A model generated the notes under the pieces. It was not told where the DNA came from. It saw only the letters and a program-made list of their open reading frames with translations, and did no database searches. From IMG/VR virus record IMGVR_UViG_3300020050_014713, positions 19,713-83,712 of that record: a stretch of DNA of 64,000 nt; one strand, 5' to 3'. The position numbers and the translations under genes are program-made. This DNA is from a virus (lineage: Duplodnaviria > Caudoviricetes). Shown piece by piece: positions 24,494 to 34,957 of this stretch. How positions within the stretch are numbered: the stretch's first letter is position 1; each line of letters opens with the position of its first letter.

Positions 24494-26113
24494 TTAAATA
24501 CCACAAACTCCATTTAAACACTCTTTCTCTTTTTCCTCAAAAACAACCCCTTCATTCTTTAAAGCTTCTTCGAGAGAAACTTTTGTTAAAGGCTGACCTC
24601 CCCTGCATCCATCCGGATACATAGTAAATCCGCGAAGACGTTTTGCGTATTTGAGTAGTATCTTAGAATTCTCTTTCATAGTTTTTTCGTTGTTGTTTTC
24701 AGTTCCCCAGGCATCAATATTACAAGTAGAACTAATTGCCATATCTACATAATTCTGCACATCGGCTTGAAACTTTACTCGTTGTTTAAATGATAAATCA
24801 TATGAATCTTGGATATTTTCAATTTTAACGCCAGCTTCTAATAGGCGTTTTACAGAACCGTCAACAACGTATTGATAGTGCCATTTATTATCTTTAAAAT
24901 AGCGGCGTTTATATGCTTTGCAAAATAGAGGTTCAATTCCGGTAGTAGTCTCTGCTAAAATTCCAATGGTTCCTGTTGGAGCAATAGCCCTAACTCCTTT
25001 TGGAATGGAAACTCCGAGAGTTCTGGCAGTAACGAATGCCGTACTATCCGACTCCTGTTCCCACACTGAAAGCCATTTATGTAGTTCTGGGGTTACTTCA
25101 TAAGGCATTCCTCGCATCATTAACCATTCGTGAATACCTCCTAAACCTAGTCCAATGCGGTTATTTTTATTACCCACTTCTTTAATTTTTTCGGTAGGTA
25201 CGTCGGAGTACATCCCTCCACACATTAGCAACATTGTTCCGTACTTTGTAACATGTCTAAGTTCTTTAGTGTCTTTAATTCTGTTAAGCCAAACAGTGCC
25301 TAAGTTACACTTGTCACTATCATCTTCGCTGGTCACTTCCGTACAAGCGTTTCGCAACGTCTCGTTATCTTTACGAAAATTAAAACTAAATCCTGGTTCA
25401 GCAGTTGAGAATGCCTGAAGGCAGTTAAGATTCCAAACTTTTAATGCGTGCTCATGAAGTTCGTGATTTTTATTTTCAATAGCAATAAAAAATTCAGTAT
25501 CGTAGTTAACAGAAATGTTAGTAAGTTCCATGGGCATTGGAAAATTAATATCTTTTTCTTTTAGAGCTTTGAGTTCTGGAGAATGATTTTTAAGATTTAG
25601 AAATTTAAATACATCATCATGTTTCCAATTTAGTGATGCGTAAATTGCACTGCGTCGCTGACCACCTTGCATAATATATCGCCCAGCTTCGTTAATCATA
25701 TTAATTAGTGCAATTGGACCCGTACTAGTCCCACCGGTTTTTACAATTTTAGCGCCCTCAGGACGAAGCATACTATAGTCAAAGCCAATCCCGCCGCCGG
25801 TCATAAGAGCCATCGTAGCCTTAAATACAGCATCTGCCCAAGCTTCTCGACTATCTTCTGCTCTAAACAAAAAACAATTATTTACTTGGTGAAATGGACG
25901 ACCAGATGCATATAGATACCTACCGCCGGGGATGAATTGTCGTTTTAGCATAATTTGATAGATGCACTCTTGATCTTCTTTTGAAAGAATTTGTCCGCAT
26001 ACAGCAGTTACAACACGACGACAAAGATCCGCCCAAGTTTCAACACCGTCCATTGAATATTTTTGTAGGAAAATATCTTGAGCAAATTTATTTGAGAAAA
26101 CATCGTATTTCAT
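24494..26113 (-). CDS. nrdJ: Ribonucleotide reductase, class II (B12-dependent) type
   Basis: PGGR, NNCF, NACTE (NPCxE-equivalent), CNLG, APTGTI, C-terminal CLNGVC redox pair; no beta-subunit gene nearby. Confidence 0.85.
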   Translation of the reverse strand: MKYDVFSNKFAQDIFLQKYSMDGVETWADLCRRVVTAVCGQILSKEDQECIYQIMLKRQFIPGGRYLYASGRPFHQVNNCFLFRAEDSREAWADAVFKATMALMTGGGIGFDYSMLRPEGAKIVKTGGTSTGPIALINMINEAGRYIMQGGQRRSAIYASLNWKHDDVFKFLNLKNHSPELKALKEKDINFPMPMELTNISVNYDTEFFIAIENKNHELHEHALKVWNLNCLQAFSTAEPGFSFNFRKDNETLRNACTEVTSEDDSDKCNLGTVWLNRIKDTKELRHVTKYGTMLLMCGGMYSDVPTEKIKEVGNKNNRIGLGLGGIHEWLMMRGMPYEVTPELHKWLSVWEQESDSTAFVTARTLGVSIPKGVRAIAPTGTIGILAETTTGIEPLFCKAYKRRYFKDNKWHYQYVVDGSVKRLLEAGVKIENIQDSYDLSFKQRVKFQADVQNYVDMAISSTCNIDAWGTENNNEKTMKENSKILLKYAKRLRGFTMYPDGCRGGQPLTKVSLEEALKNEGVVFEEKEKECLNGVCGI

Positions 26114-26118
26114 ATTTA

Positions 26119-26460
26119 TTATTTTCCTTCAATGTCTTTTAAAGTTCGTTTAGAAATTCCAAGCTTTTGATTCAACCTATCAAGAACCATTAGTAGGATG
26201 TTGTTAGTGATACCATACCACTCTTGGTCCTTTTCATCCATTTTCTCAATGTTCTCTAGCACCTGGTGAATAATGGACGCAAGACAAGTAATATGCCGTT
26301 TTTCATAGTTGTGTTCTGGATGGAGGCTATTGATTCGGTTATACAACTCTCCGAAAATCATAGCTTCATTCTTAGTCATCTTAACATTTGGTGATTCAGC
26401 AATTTGCTTAAACAATGGTCGTAGGTATAGCTTTTCATCATCGGTAAGAAACAACTTCAT
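26119..26460 (-). CDS. Hypothetical protein
   Basis: Packed ORF. Confidence 0.65.
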   Translation of the reverse strand: MKLFLTDDEKLYLRPLFKQIAESPNVKMTKNEAMIFGELYNRINSLHPEHNYEKRHITCLASIIHQVLENIEKMDEKDQEWYGITNNILLMVLDRLNQKLGISKRTLKDIEGK

Positions 26461-26756
26461 ACTTTTTCCTCGGGAATACGTTTATGCCTTGTATGTACAA
26501 AACCTTTATCAACTAAATCTTGTGCAATGTGAACTAGTACCATGGATGGGTTAAATTGAATGGCTGCCTTGCCATTCTTTTTTACAACTTTAAACTGCCC
26601 AAGATTTTCAATGTACACCCTACCTTCTCCCTTTTCTAGAAAGTCGTAAAATGATTCAATAAAAATCTGATACATAGTTGCAGCTTGTTTTTTGGAAATT
26701 TTATAGTGCTCTGCAAAACGGTCAACAATAGCAAGAGAATCTGGTCTATCGTACAT
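26457..26756 (-). CDS. HU/IHF-like DNA-binding protein
   Basis: Helix-helix then VYIENLGQFKVV...IQFNPS pattern. Confidence 0.6.
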   Translation of the reverse strand: MYDRPDSLAIVDRFAEHYKISKKQAATMYQIFIESFYDFLEKGEGRVYIENLGQFKVVKKNGKAAIQFNPSMVLVHIAQDLVDKGFVHTRHKRIPEEKV

Positions 26757-26827
26757 ATAAAACTCCCAAATATAACCAAGGCAACATTAGTAAAAATAAG
26801 ACAAATGTTTGAATTACCTTAGTAAAA

Positions 26828-27271
26828 TTAATAGACCCACCTACGAATACCCTCACGCTCATCAACGTGGAAAAAATTATTGGCAGTTCCAATAGATGTA
26901 AATTCTTTTTCTAGGCACTTTAACAAATCATCCATATCTTTACTGGATTCCACTTTTGAAGGTCTTACATCCAGTGCAATACAGCCAACATTTCCCTTAC
27001 TATCTACGTAATTCATTTGATGGGTACTCTTATTTACGGCTGTTTTAAAGTTAGGGTCGTTTCTCAAGTCTGCTTGCTTTCTTACACACCTACAAGCACT
27101 TGTAATGGTCAAGGACTTACCAAAATTATCCCGCACCCTTTGGATTTTGTCAACCAAAGTTTTGGATAATGTCTGCTCCTCGCAATCTGAATAATTACAA
27201 TGACATGCAAACTCATGAGTACTAAAATTTGCACTTAGTTTGTACCTGTCAGTTTTCTTAAATTTCAACAT
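26828..27271 (-). CDS. Peptidase M15A family endolysin
   Basis: LSANFSTHEFAC, ITSACRC, STH, ALDV, FFHVD zinc motifs. Confidence 0.85.
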   Translation of the reverse strand: MLKFKKTDRYKLSANFSTHEFACHCNYSDCEEQTLSKTLVDKIQRVRDNFGKSLTITSACRCVRKQADLRNDPNFKTAVNKSTHQMNYVDSKGNVGCIALDVRPSKVESSKDMDDLLKCLEKEFTSIGTANNFFHVDEREGIRRWVY

Positions 27272-27282
27272 AATTTTCTCCG

Positions 27283-27293
27283 TTTCTAACTAT
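27283..27293 (+). promoter_or_regulatory. TTTCTAACTAT motif, copy 2, at the start of the virion operon
   Basis: Intergenic, at the divergence point between minus-strand genes and the structural module. Confidence 0.5.
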
Positions 27294-27423
27294 GGGTAGA
27301 GAAATAAGCAAATCCTAATGTGTCTAGTGGCACAACTTATTTAAGAGGCTAACGCTATTTTTCTTTTTTAACCTATAAATCATCCTTGCTACCCCATTGG
27401 GTGCAAGCAAATGAAGGTGCAAC

Positions 27424-27702
27424 ATGAAGAACGTATCACAATGGGTATTTTTTACCCTATTCATTGTATTCTCAACAGCCTTGTTTTTCAAGCAATCCTT
27501 CGTATTTTGTGTGCCTTTGGTAGTAGCCGCGTATCTCTACTTCCACACTTGCAAGCAATTACACTATAGCGCACTAGAAAAAGAATTCCAAGACCTAAAA
27601 GAAAAATTCCTGGGTTTTGAAGATAACACCAAGAAAATTGCTGAGCTAAGCGACAAAATCAACCAAGTTCAGCTAGCTAACGGTATGAGGAAAATCCGGT
27701 GA
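27424..27702 (+). CDS. Membrane protein with C-terminal coiled coil
   Basis: Two hydrophobic helices then heptads. Confidence 0.7.
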   Translation: MKNVSQWVFFTLFIVFSTALFFKQSFVFCVPLVVAAYLYFHTCKQLHYSALEKEFQDLKEKFLGFEDNTKKIAELSDKINQVQLANGMRKIR

Positions 27703-28079
27703 TAGATTTTACACAGTATAAAACTCGTAAAGAACTTGAAAGCTTTTGCGAAGCTTTGTTTTTACAAGTTTCAGTGCTGAAAAAAGATAACTCAAGCCTA
27801 TCCGACCAGGTACAGCACGCAGAACACCTACTTAAAACAAGTAATGTTCCATCGGTTGGCGCTGAACCATGTACCACAGAAAAACTAATCCTACGAGAAT
27901 TAGATAGGCTAGACCAAAGTAGCAAGTTGGCTTCCCTCGAAACTGAGGAAATTAAGAACTTAAAGATGCTTGTAGAAGCTCTAATTACTCTACGTAAGAA
28001 AGAACCTCTAAAAGAATCAAAGCCAATAAAGAAAAAAATTGATGCTCAAGAGCTTTTATCCATTGTAAGAGATAAATGA
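27699..28079 (+). CDS. Probable terminase small subunit or associated protein
   Basis: Position directly upstream of TerL with ATGA overlap; helical. Confidence 0.45.
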   Translation: MIDFTQYKTRKELESFCEALFLQVSVLKKDNSSLSDQVQHAEHLLKTSNVPSVGAEPCTTEKLILRELDRLDQSSKLASLETEEIKNLKMLVEALITLRKKEPLKESKPIKKKIDAQELLSIVRDK

Positions 28080-29530
28080 CTCGAATAACTAAACAAGAAG
28101 CTATTCAGGAACTTTGGGAAAACGGAATCGTTTGCGATTGGCTATTAGATGACAACCAAAAAGACGTTGTCACCATGATTGAAACCAATAGAGCTTCTCA
28201 AATCTGCGTTTCCTTAAGTCGTCAGTCCGGTAAATCATTTGGTACACTTGCGTATCTAGTAGAAAAGTGTATGCAAACTCCAAATATCATTGCAACATTC
28301 GTAGCCCCGTACCAGTCACAAGCTAAAAAAATTGCTAAGACTACTATGCGGGAAATATTATCTACTTGCCCAGAGCATCTTCGTCCAGAATATAAAACTC
28401 AGGAAAACCATTTTCTATTTTCGAATGGGAGCGTTATTGAGTTGTGCGGAAACAATGCTGGACACATTGAAAAAGCCAGGGGACCTAAAGCTCATATTAT
28501 TGTTTGCGATGAGGTAGGCTTCTGGGTAGATCTAAAGTACAGCATTAAATCTGTTCTCTTACCTAAGTTAAACACTACTAAAGGTAAGCTGATAATGATT
28601 TCTACCCCTCCTGCATCTGCTGGACACCCGTTCCAAGAGTTTTTCGAAACTGCTAAGTTTAGAGAAGCTGCAATTGTTAGAACAATTTTTGATTGCCCCA
28701 GATATACAAAAGAAGATATTGATAAGTTTGCCGAGGAGTGTGGAGGATACGACAGTATTGACTTTAGAAGAGAGTACGGATGCGAGTTCGTAACGGATAC
28801 CTCTCGTGCAGTTATTCCAGAAGCTACTAGCGAACTTTTAGAAGAAATAACAAAAGACTGGGAACGCCCTCCATACTACAATACCTATGTTTCAATGGAC
28901 ATTGGTTTTAAAGACTTAACTGTTATTCTTTTTGCCTACCACGATTTCCGTTCTGGAAAAGTAATTATTGAAGACGAAATAGTATTGGATACTCCTGAGA
29001 AACTTCGTACAGATAGCTTTGCCTACGCTATTTACGACAAAGAACAAGCTCTTTGGGGCGGTATAGACGGCGAACACCATGAACCATACAAAAGGGTATC
29101 GGATATTAACCACATCCTATTAAACGATCTATACCTTGCTCACAACCTTAGTATTATTCCCACAGCTAAAGATGACCTCGATGGACAAATCAACAATACT
29201 CGCCTAATGGTTGGCGGCGGAAAAGTCATAATTAATCCAAGATGTAAAACTCTTATCTTCCACCTTAAGAACGCCATTTGGAAAAACGAAAAACGCAAAG
29301 AGTTTTCTCGTAGTGCTGATGCTGGTCACTATGATGCTCTAAGCGCACTCATCTACCTACTAAGAAACGTTGACTACCATAAAAACCCATATCCTGAAAA
29401 GTTTGATCTTCGACTAGAAAAAGAATCGTTTATATCTCCACATTGGAAACCTAAAACCGACGACATTAAAAAAACTTTAAGAGAAATCTTTACAATTAAT
29501 AAAGACAAGAAAAAAGTGAGAATGAGATGA
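28076..29530 (+). CDS. terL: Terminase large subunit
   Basis: Walker A LSRQSGKS, Walker B ICDEVGF, nuclease SMDIGFKD and HYDALSAL. Confidence 0.93.
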   Translation: MTRITKQEAIQELWENGIVCDWLLDDNQKDVVTMIETNRASQICVSLSRQSGKSFGTLAYLVEKCMQTPNIIATFVAPYQSQAKKIAKTTMREILSTCPEHLRPEYKTQENHFLFSNGSVIELCGNNAGHIEKARGPKAHIIVCDEVGFWVDLKYSIKSVLLPKLNTTKGKLIMISTPPASAGHPFQEFFETAKFREAAIVRTIFDCPRYTKEDIDKFAEECGGYDSIDFRREYGCEFVTDTSRAVIPEATSELLEEITKDWERPPYYNTYVSMDIGFKDLTVILFAYHDFRSGKVIIEDEIVLDTPEKLRTDSFAYAIYDKEQALWGGIDGEHHEPYKRVSDINHILLNDLYLAHNLSIIPTAKDDLDGQINNTRLMVGGGKVIINPRCKTLIFHLKNAIWKNEKRKEFSRSADAGHYDALSALIYLLRNVDYHKNPYPEKFDLRLEKESFISPHWKPKTDDIKKTLREIFTINKDKKKVRMR

Positions 29531-31530
29531 GTAACAATACCTACTTTGCAGCACAAGAAAAAGAAAAGCTTGCCTCTACGCTAATTGCTAAAAAGAATAA
29601 GTTTTACGAAAGTCTTATGGCAAGTGGCTATGTAGAGAAAATTAACCGTTTGTACGCCATGTACCACGGCATGGATTTTTACGAAAGCGTTTCCGGTCAC
29701 GACATTAAGTTTGAAGGGGAGCAAGGAGAGCTTGTTTCAATGAACGTAAACCATTTACGTAACATTGCTTCAAACATGCATACGCTCATCACTTCTACCC
29801 GTCCAGTAATGGAAACTAGGGCTATTAACACCGATTATAAGTCCAGGGTACAGACCAAGCTTGCTAATGGTCTATTGGACTATTATATGCGTGAAAAACG
29901 CCTAGAGTGGATTTTACGCCGTGCTTGCGAATACGCCATTGTTCTTAGTAGTGGGTGGGTACGAATGGAGTGGGACGCCACTGCTGGGGAAGAGATTGAT
30001 ACTGATGAGGAAACTGGAATCAAGGTTTATGAAGGGGATGTAAGAATTGAGGTTCTATCTCCATTTGATATTTTTTTTGACGCCTGTAGAGAAGATCAAG
30101 ACCATGATTGGTACGTTGTCACCAGTTATAAAAATAAATACGACTTAGCCAGTAAGTATACAGAGTACGCAGATAAAATCAGAGACTTACCCACTAAAGA
30201 CAAGCTTGAGTATAAAGGCGGGGTAAATTTTGGTGTAGATGAAACCACTCTAATTCCTGTATTTGAATTTTTTCACAGAAAAACTGATAGCCTTCCAGAA
30301 GGTCGCTACCTAATGTTCCTATCTACCGATATTGCACCAATAGACATGCCTTTGCAATATCCTATGATTCCTCTATTTAGGATTTCTGCTGGGGATATCT
30401 TAGGAACTCCATTTGGCTACACTCCTTTGTTTGACCTAATGGCGCTTCAAGAAGCTGCCTCAATGCTATACAGCGTTATTCTAACTAACCAACAGGCTTT
30501 TGGTGTTCAGAATATTTGGGTTCCATCCGGAGCAGGAATTTCTATTGAAAGCTTAGCTGGTGGACTAAACATTATTGAAAGTAATGCATCTGCTGGAAAA
30601 CCTGAAGCTCTTAACTTTACTAATACCCCAAAAGAGATTTTTGAATATCTACAGTTTCTAATTCAATCAATGGAAACTATCTCTGGTATTAACAGCGTTG
30701 TGCGCGGTAATCCTGAAGCTAGCTTACGCTCTGCTTCCGCTTTGGCGCTTGTGCAATCCAATAGTATCCAGTTTATGAGTGGTCTAGCTGCTCAATATAA
30801 CCAGCTTATTGAAGATGTTGGAACTGGTCTATTTAGAATTCTAAAGCTTTACGCAAAGACCAAACGTGTAGCATCCATTGTTGGAGTAAATAATAGGTCC
30901 TACCTAAAAGAATTTAACAATGACGATTTGAGTAACATTAATAGGGTTATTGTTTCTGCGGGTAACCCTTTGCAAAAAACTTCAGCCGGTCGTCAACAAA
31001 TGGCAAGTGAGCTAGTTCAATATACTGAACTCACTCCACGTCAGTATTTGACCGTATTGGAAACAGGAACATTAGATAGCGTAACTGAGGGAGCAATGAA
31101 AGATGAAAATCTAATTGTTTCTGAAAACGAAATGCTACTAGATGGTAAAACTCCAGTAGTTGATGTTCTTGATAAACATAGCATTCACATTATGCGCCAC
31201 AGAGAGGTAATTTCTGATGCCAGTTTACGTGAAAATCCAGAGTTAGTAAAAGCTGTTCACGAGCATATTCAAATGCATATTGACCAGTTGCGTACAGCAG
31301 ATCCTACTTTCTTGGCTATGATGGGGGAACAATCACTGGCTCCTCAACCCATGCCTAATACAGGTCAGAATTTGCCTCCAATGGGTCAGGGGGATGCTTC
31401 TGCTGGTGCCCCTATGCCTAGCGCCCCAATGCCTCCAGAACAGGCTAATACAGGGCTTCCTAGCCCTCCACAGGGATTTGAGAATCAGCCCATTAATGCT
31501 GAACAGTTACAACAAAAAATTACAGGTTAA
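29527..31530 (+). CDS. Portal protein (P22-like) with Pro-rich tail
   Basis: Size, position after TerL, FDIFFD clip region, ETISGIN. Confidence 0.88.
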   Translation: MSNNTYFAAQEKEKLASTLIAKKNKFYESLMASGYVEKINRLYAMYHGMDFYESVSGHDIKFEGEQGELVSMNVNHLRNIASNMHTLITSTRPVMETRAINTDYKSRVQTKLANGLLDYYMREKRLEWILRRACEYAIVLSSGWVRMEWDATAGEEIDTDEETGIKVYEGDVRIEVLSPFDIFFDACREDQDHDWYVVTSYKNKYDLASKYTEYADKIRDLPTKDKLEYKGGVNFGVDETTLIPVFEFFHRKTDSLPEGRYLMFLSTDIAPIDMPLQYPMIPLFRISAGDILGTPFGYTPLFDLMALQEAASMLYSVILTNQQAFGVQNIWVPSGAGISIESLAGGLNIIESNASAGKPEALNFTNTPKEIFEYLQFLIQSMETISGINSVVRGNPEASLRSASALALVQSNSIQFMSGLAAQYNQLIEDVGTGLFRILKLYAKTKRVASIVGVNNRSYLKEFNNDDLSNINRVIVSAGNPLQKTSAGRQQMASELVQYTELTPRQYLTVLETGTLDSVTEGAMKDENLIVSENEMLLDGKTPVVDVLDKHSIHIMRHREVISDASLRENPELVKAVHEHIQMHIDQLRTADPTFLAMMGEQSLAPQPMPNTGQNLPPMGQGDASAGAPMPSAPMPPEQANTGLPSPPQGFENQPINAEQLQQKITG

Positions 31531-31568
31531 CCTATACCCATAATGGATTAGGTATTTAAGGAGAAGAT

Positions 31569-32546
31569 ATGTCCGACGTAAAAACAGATGCACCCGTAGA
31601 GAATCAAGTAGAAGAAGTTAGCGAGGAGAATCTAACAGAAGAGGAACTTGCTGCCTTGGAAGCTGAAGAAGGCGAAGAAAAAGCTAAAGAAGAACCAAAA
31701 GACAAGGAAGCCGCAAAACCTACCTCTGTCAAAAAATTTAAACTTAAAGTTGATGGCAAAGAAGAGGAGGAAGAAATTGATCTTGCAAACGAAGCTGAGC
31801 TAGTAAAACGTTTACAGCTAGCCAAAGTAGCTCAAAAACGAATGCAAGAAAGTGCTGCAGATAAAAAAACTGTAGCCAAAATGAACGAAGAACTAAAAGA
31901 ATTTGTAATTGCATTGAAAGAAGATCCATTTAGTGTTCTTTCTGATCCACGATTTGGATTGGATCTTAAAAAGCTAGCTTATGACTATGTTGCAAAAGAA
32001 GTTGAACAAGCTACAAAAACTCCAGAACAGCGTGAAGCTGAGGCAAAAGAAGCTAAAGCAAAAGAACTTGAAGAAAAACTAGCTAAACTAGAAAAAGAAA
32101 AAGTTGAAGCTGAGAAAAAATCAATTCAAGAGAAGTATGAGCAAGAACTTCAAAAGGGAATTATTGAATCCATTAAGGAAAGTGGATTACCAGAAGACGA
32201 ACCTGAAGTTCTAAAACGTTATGCTCAAGCTATGAAAATTGGCTTGAAGTTTAAAATGGAACTAAATCCAAAAGAACTTGGTCCCATTATCAAACAACAA
32301 CTCTATCAAGAATCTAAGAAGTTTGCTTCTTTCTTGAAAGATGAAGAGTTTGAAGAGTTTGCTGGAGTAGACCGCATTAAAAACGTCCGTAAAAAGATGT
32401 TAGATAAAATTAAAACTAACGTAACTTCTAGTAAGCAAATAAAAGACACTGGTTCTGAAAAAGATGAAGACAGTCTCAATAGGGACAAAAAGAAATATGT
32501 CCGTAATAGCAAGAGTTTCTGGAAAGATTTAGAAAAAGGAAGCTAG
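31569..32546 (+). CDS. Capsid scaffolding protein
   Basis: Acidic N-terminus, LKVDGKEEE motif, coiled coil, position between portal and capsid. Confidence 0.8.
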   Translation: MSDVKTDAPVENQVEEVSEENLTEEELAALEAEEGEEKAKEEPKDKEAAKPTSVKKFKLKVDGKEEEEEIDLANEAELVKRLQLAKVAQKRMQESAADKKTVAKMNEELKEFVIALKEDPFSVLSDPRFGLDLKKLAYDYVAKEVEQATKTPEQREAEAKEAKAKELEEKLAKLEKEKVEAEKKSIQEKYEQELQKGIIESIKESGLPEDEPEVLKRYAQAMKIGLKFKMELNPKELGPIIKQQLYQESKKFASFLKDEEFEEFAGVDRIKNVRKKMLDKIKTNVTSSKQIKDTGSEKDEDSLNRDKKKYVRNSKSFWKDLEKGS

Positions 32547-32600
32547 TAACCTATTGAAATTACATGATGTAGCATAAAAATGATAGAAAGTAAAAACGAT

Positions 32601-32611
32601 TTTCTAACTAT
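32601..32611 (+). promoter_or_regulatory. TTTCTAACTAT motif, copy 3, upstream of capsid genes
   Basis: In the intergenic gap before 32721. Confidence 0.5.
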
Positions 32612-32720
32612 GTAGTAAGTAGGTAATTAAAACTGTGATGCAAGCACTCGCCCATTACATAATTTTAACGCTGAAAACTAAAAAACTTTTAACAAAAACT
32701 AAATAATTGAGGTTAATAAA

Positions 32721-33158
32721 ATGGATCGCTTAGAAAAAAATGAATATCTCTATGACCGCTGCCTAAAGGCTGTCTCCTTGCCCTTCCGCGTGAAGGTTGA
32801 AGGTAGCGCCACTCCTGCCAGCAAACTACTCTCCAGCGACTTGCCTGGTGTTTGTTTGATTGGTGCCGAAGGTCTTACCGCTGAAATCACCGCTGTTGAA
32901 TCTGGCTTGAGCTACGCGGCTGTTGATGCCAACGGTACCTACGCTGTTTTCTTGAAAGGTTCAGAACTTGGCGACGTTAAAGAAGTCTACTCGGTTTCTT
33001 TGATGCGCACTCTAGATGGCGGTACCACTACTGCTGCTCTAGTTTCTAACGGTTTGACTGCTGGCGGCAACATCTTAATTCAAATTGATGCCACTGACGC
33101 CTTAAACAGCACCGATGATTCTGAACTATATCTTGAAGTAAAATACTGTCTTAAATAA
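32721..33158 (+). CDS. Probable capsid decoration or minor head protein
   Basis: Directly upstream of the MCP with the same high-expression codon style; beta-rich. Confidence 0.5.
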   Translation: MDRLEKNEYLYDRCLKAVSLPFRVKVEGSATPASKLLSSDLPGVCLIGAEGLTAEITAVESGLSYAAVDANGTYAVFLKGSELGDVKEVYSVSLMRTLDGGTTTAALVSNGLTAGGNILIQIDATDALNSTDDSELYLEVKYCLK

Positions 33159-33172
33159 TTAGGAGTTTATAA

Positions 33173-34390
33173 ATGTCTACTACTGTTAATATTACAACCC
33201 TCAATGGTAACTTTAAAAAAGTTTATGCCGATAAAATGGATAAACTCATCCCCATGGATATCAAGATTTCTCCCGAAATCGACTTTATCCCCTCAGAAAA
33301 AATGGGCGGTCTAAATTACAACGTGCCCGTAGCTGTTGCTAACGAGCATGGCGTAACTTACGGTGGGGAAGAAGGCGAAGCTTTCAACCTACTACCTCCT
33401 GTTTCTGGTAACATCAAGGAAGCAAGCGTAAAAGGTTCTGAAATCGTAATGCGCTCTTTCATCTCCTACGGTGCTGCTAGCCGTGCTGAAAAGTCACAGG
33501 CTGCCTTCGTTCGTACTACCAAGTACATCGTTGAAAACCTCACCGAATCCATCAACCGTAAACTAGAAGCCGAGTGCCTCTACGGTCAAATGGGTCTTTC
33601 TGCTGTTTCTGCCGTTTCTGGTAACATCCTTACTCTAGCTGCCGCTGAATTCGCTCCTGGTATTTGGTTCGGTGCTAAAGGTATGCGTCTAGAAATCTAC
33701 GACAGCACTGGTGCTACTCTTCGTGGAGAAGCTCAAGTTGATAAAGTTGACCTAGACAACAAGCAACTAACCCTAAACGCTATGCCTGCTGGCGTAACTG
33801 CTACCGATGTTATCTTCGAAAAATCTGCCAAAGGCAAAGAATTCGTTGGTATCCACAAGATTCTATCCAACACTGGTACTCTCTTCGGCATTAGCGCCTC
33901 TACCTATGAAGTTTGGAAATCTACCGTATTCCCTGTCGGCGGTAACTTGTCTTTCGGTAAAATCACTGAAGGTCTAGGTAAAGCTGCTGGTCGCGGTCTA
34001 AACGTAGACATTAAACTCTACGTCTCTAACGCTACCTGGGCTAAAATGGTTCAAGACCAAGCTGCTTACCGTCAGTATGATACCAGCTACAAAGCTGATA
34101 AAGCTGAAAACGGTTTCCGCTCTATCATGTTCCACTCTCAGAACGGTTCTGTTGAAATCATCCCCCACACCTACGTAAAAGAAGGCTACGCTTTCGGTCT
34201 AGTTCTTGAAGACTGGGAAAAAGTCGGTTCTACCGATGTTACCTTCAAAATCCCTGGTTCTGGTGGAGAAGAGTTCTTCCGCCCTCTTTCTGATGCCGCT
34301 GGTTTCGAACTACGTTGTTACGCTGATTGGGCTATCTTCTGCCATAAGCCTAACCGTCAGATTCTTTACTCCGGTATTACTAACTCCTAA
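33173..34390 (+). CDS. Major capsid protein (HK97/P22-like fold)
   Basis: 405 aa, position, high-expression codon bias, followed by a terminator. Confidence 0.85.
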   Translation: MSTTVNITTLNGNFKKVYADKMDKLIPMDIKISPEIDFIPSEKMGGLNYNVPVAVANEHGVTYGGEEGEAFNLLPPVSGNIKEASVKGSEIVMRSFISYGAASRAEKSQAAFVRTTKYIVENLTESINRKLEAECLYGQMGLSAVSAVSGNILTLAAAEFAPGIWFGAKGMRLEIYDSTGATLRGEAQVDKVDLDNKQLTLNAMPAGVTATDVIFEKSAKGKEFVGIHKILSNTGTLFGISASTYEVWKSTVFPVGGNLSFGKITEGLGKAAGRGLNVDIKLYVSNATWAKMVQDQAAYRQYDTSYKADKAENGFRSIMFHSQNGSVEIIPHTYVKEGYAFGLVLEDWEKVGSTDVTFKIPGSGGEEFFRPLSDAAGFELRCYADWAIFCHKPNRQILYSGITNS

Positions 34391-34399
34391 TTTGGGTAT

Positions 34400-34431
34400 G
34401 GGGCGGTACTTGTTGCCGCCCCTCCCTTTTT
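34400..34431 (+). terminator. Rho-independent terminator after MCP
   Basis: GGGGCGG/CCGCCCC stem followed by TCCCTTTTT. Confidence 0.8.
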
Positions 34432-34456
34432 CTTGAGTTTATAACGGAGTGGCTTA

Positions 34457-34951
34457 GTGAAAACAGTCGTAGTAAATAATACATCATTTCAAATCCCAGA
34501 AGTTGGGGATGAAAACTATGGCGAAAACCTAACAGCATTCTTTTTGGAACTTGCTGAGGTTTTAAATGGAGTTTCTGCTCCATTAGATATTCAAGAAACA
34601 GATTTTAATTTTGCAAACAATCAGTCCTCTCCTACTAACGTAACTGGAATGGCTTTTCCCACTTCAAACGTTGCAGGATTTGAGATTAAATATATCATCA
34701 CACGAGAAAATATAAGCGATAAAATCACCGAAAGTGGAATTCTACGTGGATTTCAAGGAGATGGCGGTTGGTACATTGCTCGTGGAGATGTTCAGAGTGA
34801 TGTTAATAATACCAATTTTCCCTCTTCGGATGGGGACGTTGGAGTGTACTTTGATATAACAAGCGGAGGTCAAGTGACTTACACCTCCAATAACTTTCCT
34901 GGGCAATTAGCTGGTAAAGTAACTTTCATTGCTAAAACGATTCAACAGTAG
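34457..34951 (+). CDS. Virion structural protein, sharing a domain with the C-terminus of 39718-41532
   Basis: ETDFNFANNQSSPTNVTG vs ETSFALANDQSTPANVTG. Confidence 0.7.
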   Translation: MKTVVVNNTSFQIPEVGDENYGENLTAFFLELAEVLNGVSAPLDIQETDFNFANNQSSPTNVTGMAFPTSNVAGFEIKYIITRENISDKITESGILRGFQGDGGWYIARGDVQSDVNNTNFPSSDGDVGVYFDITSGGQVTYTSNNFPGQLAGKVTFIAKTIQQ

Positions 34952-34957
34952 GATAAT

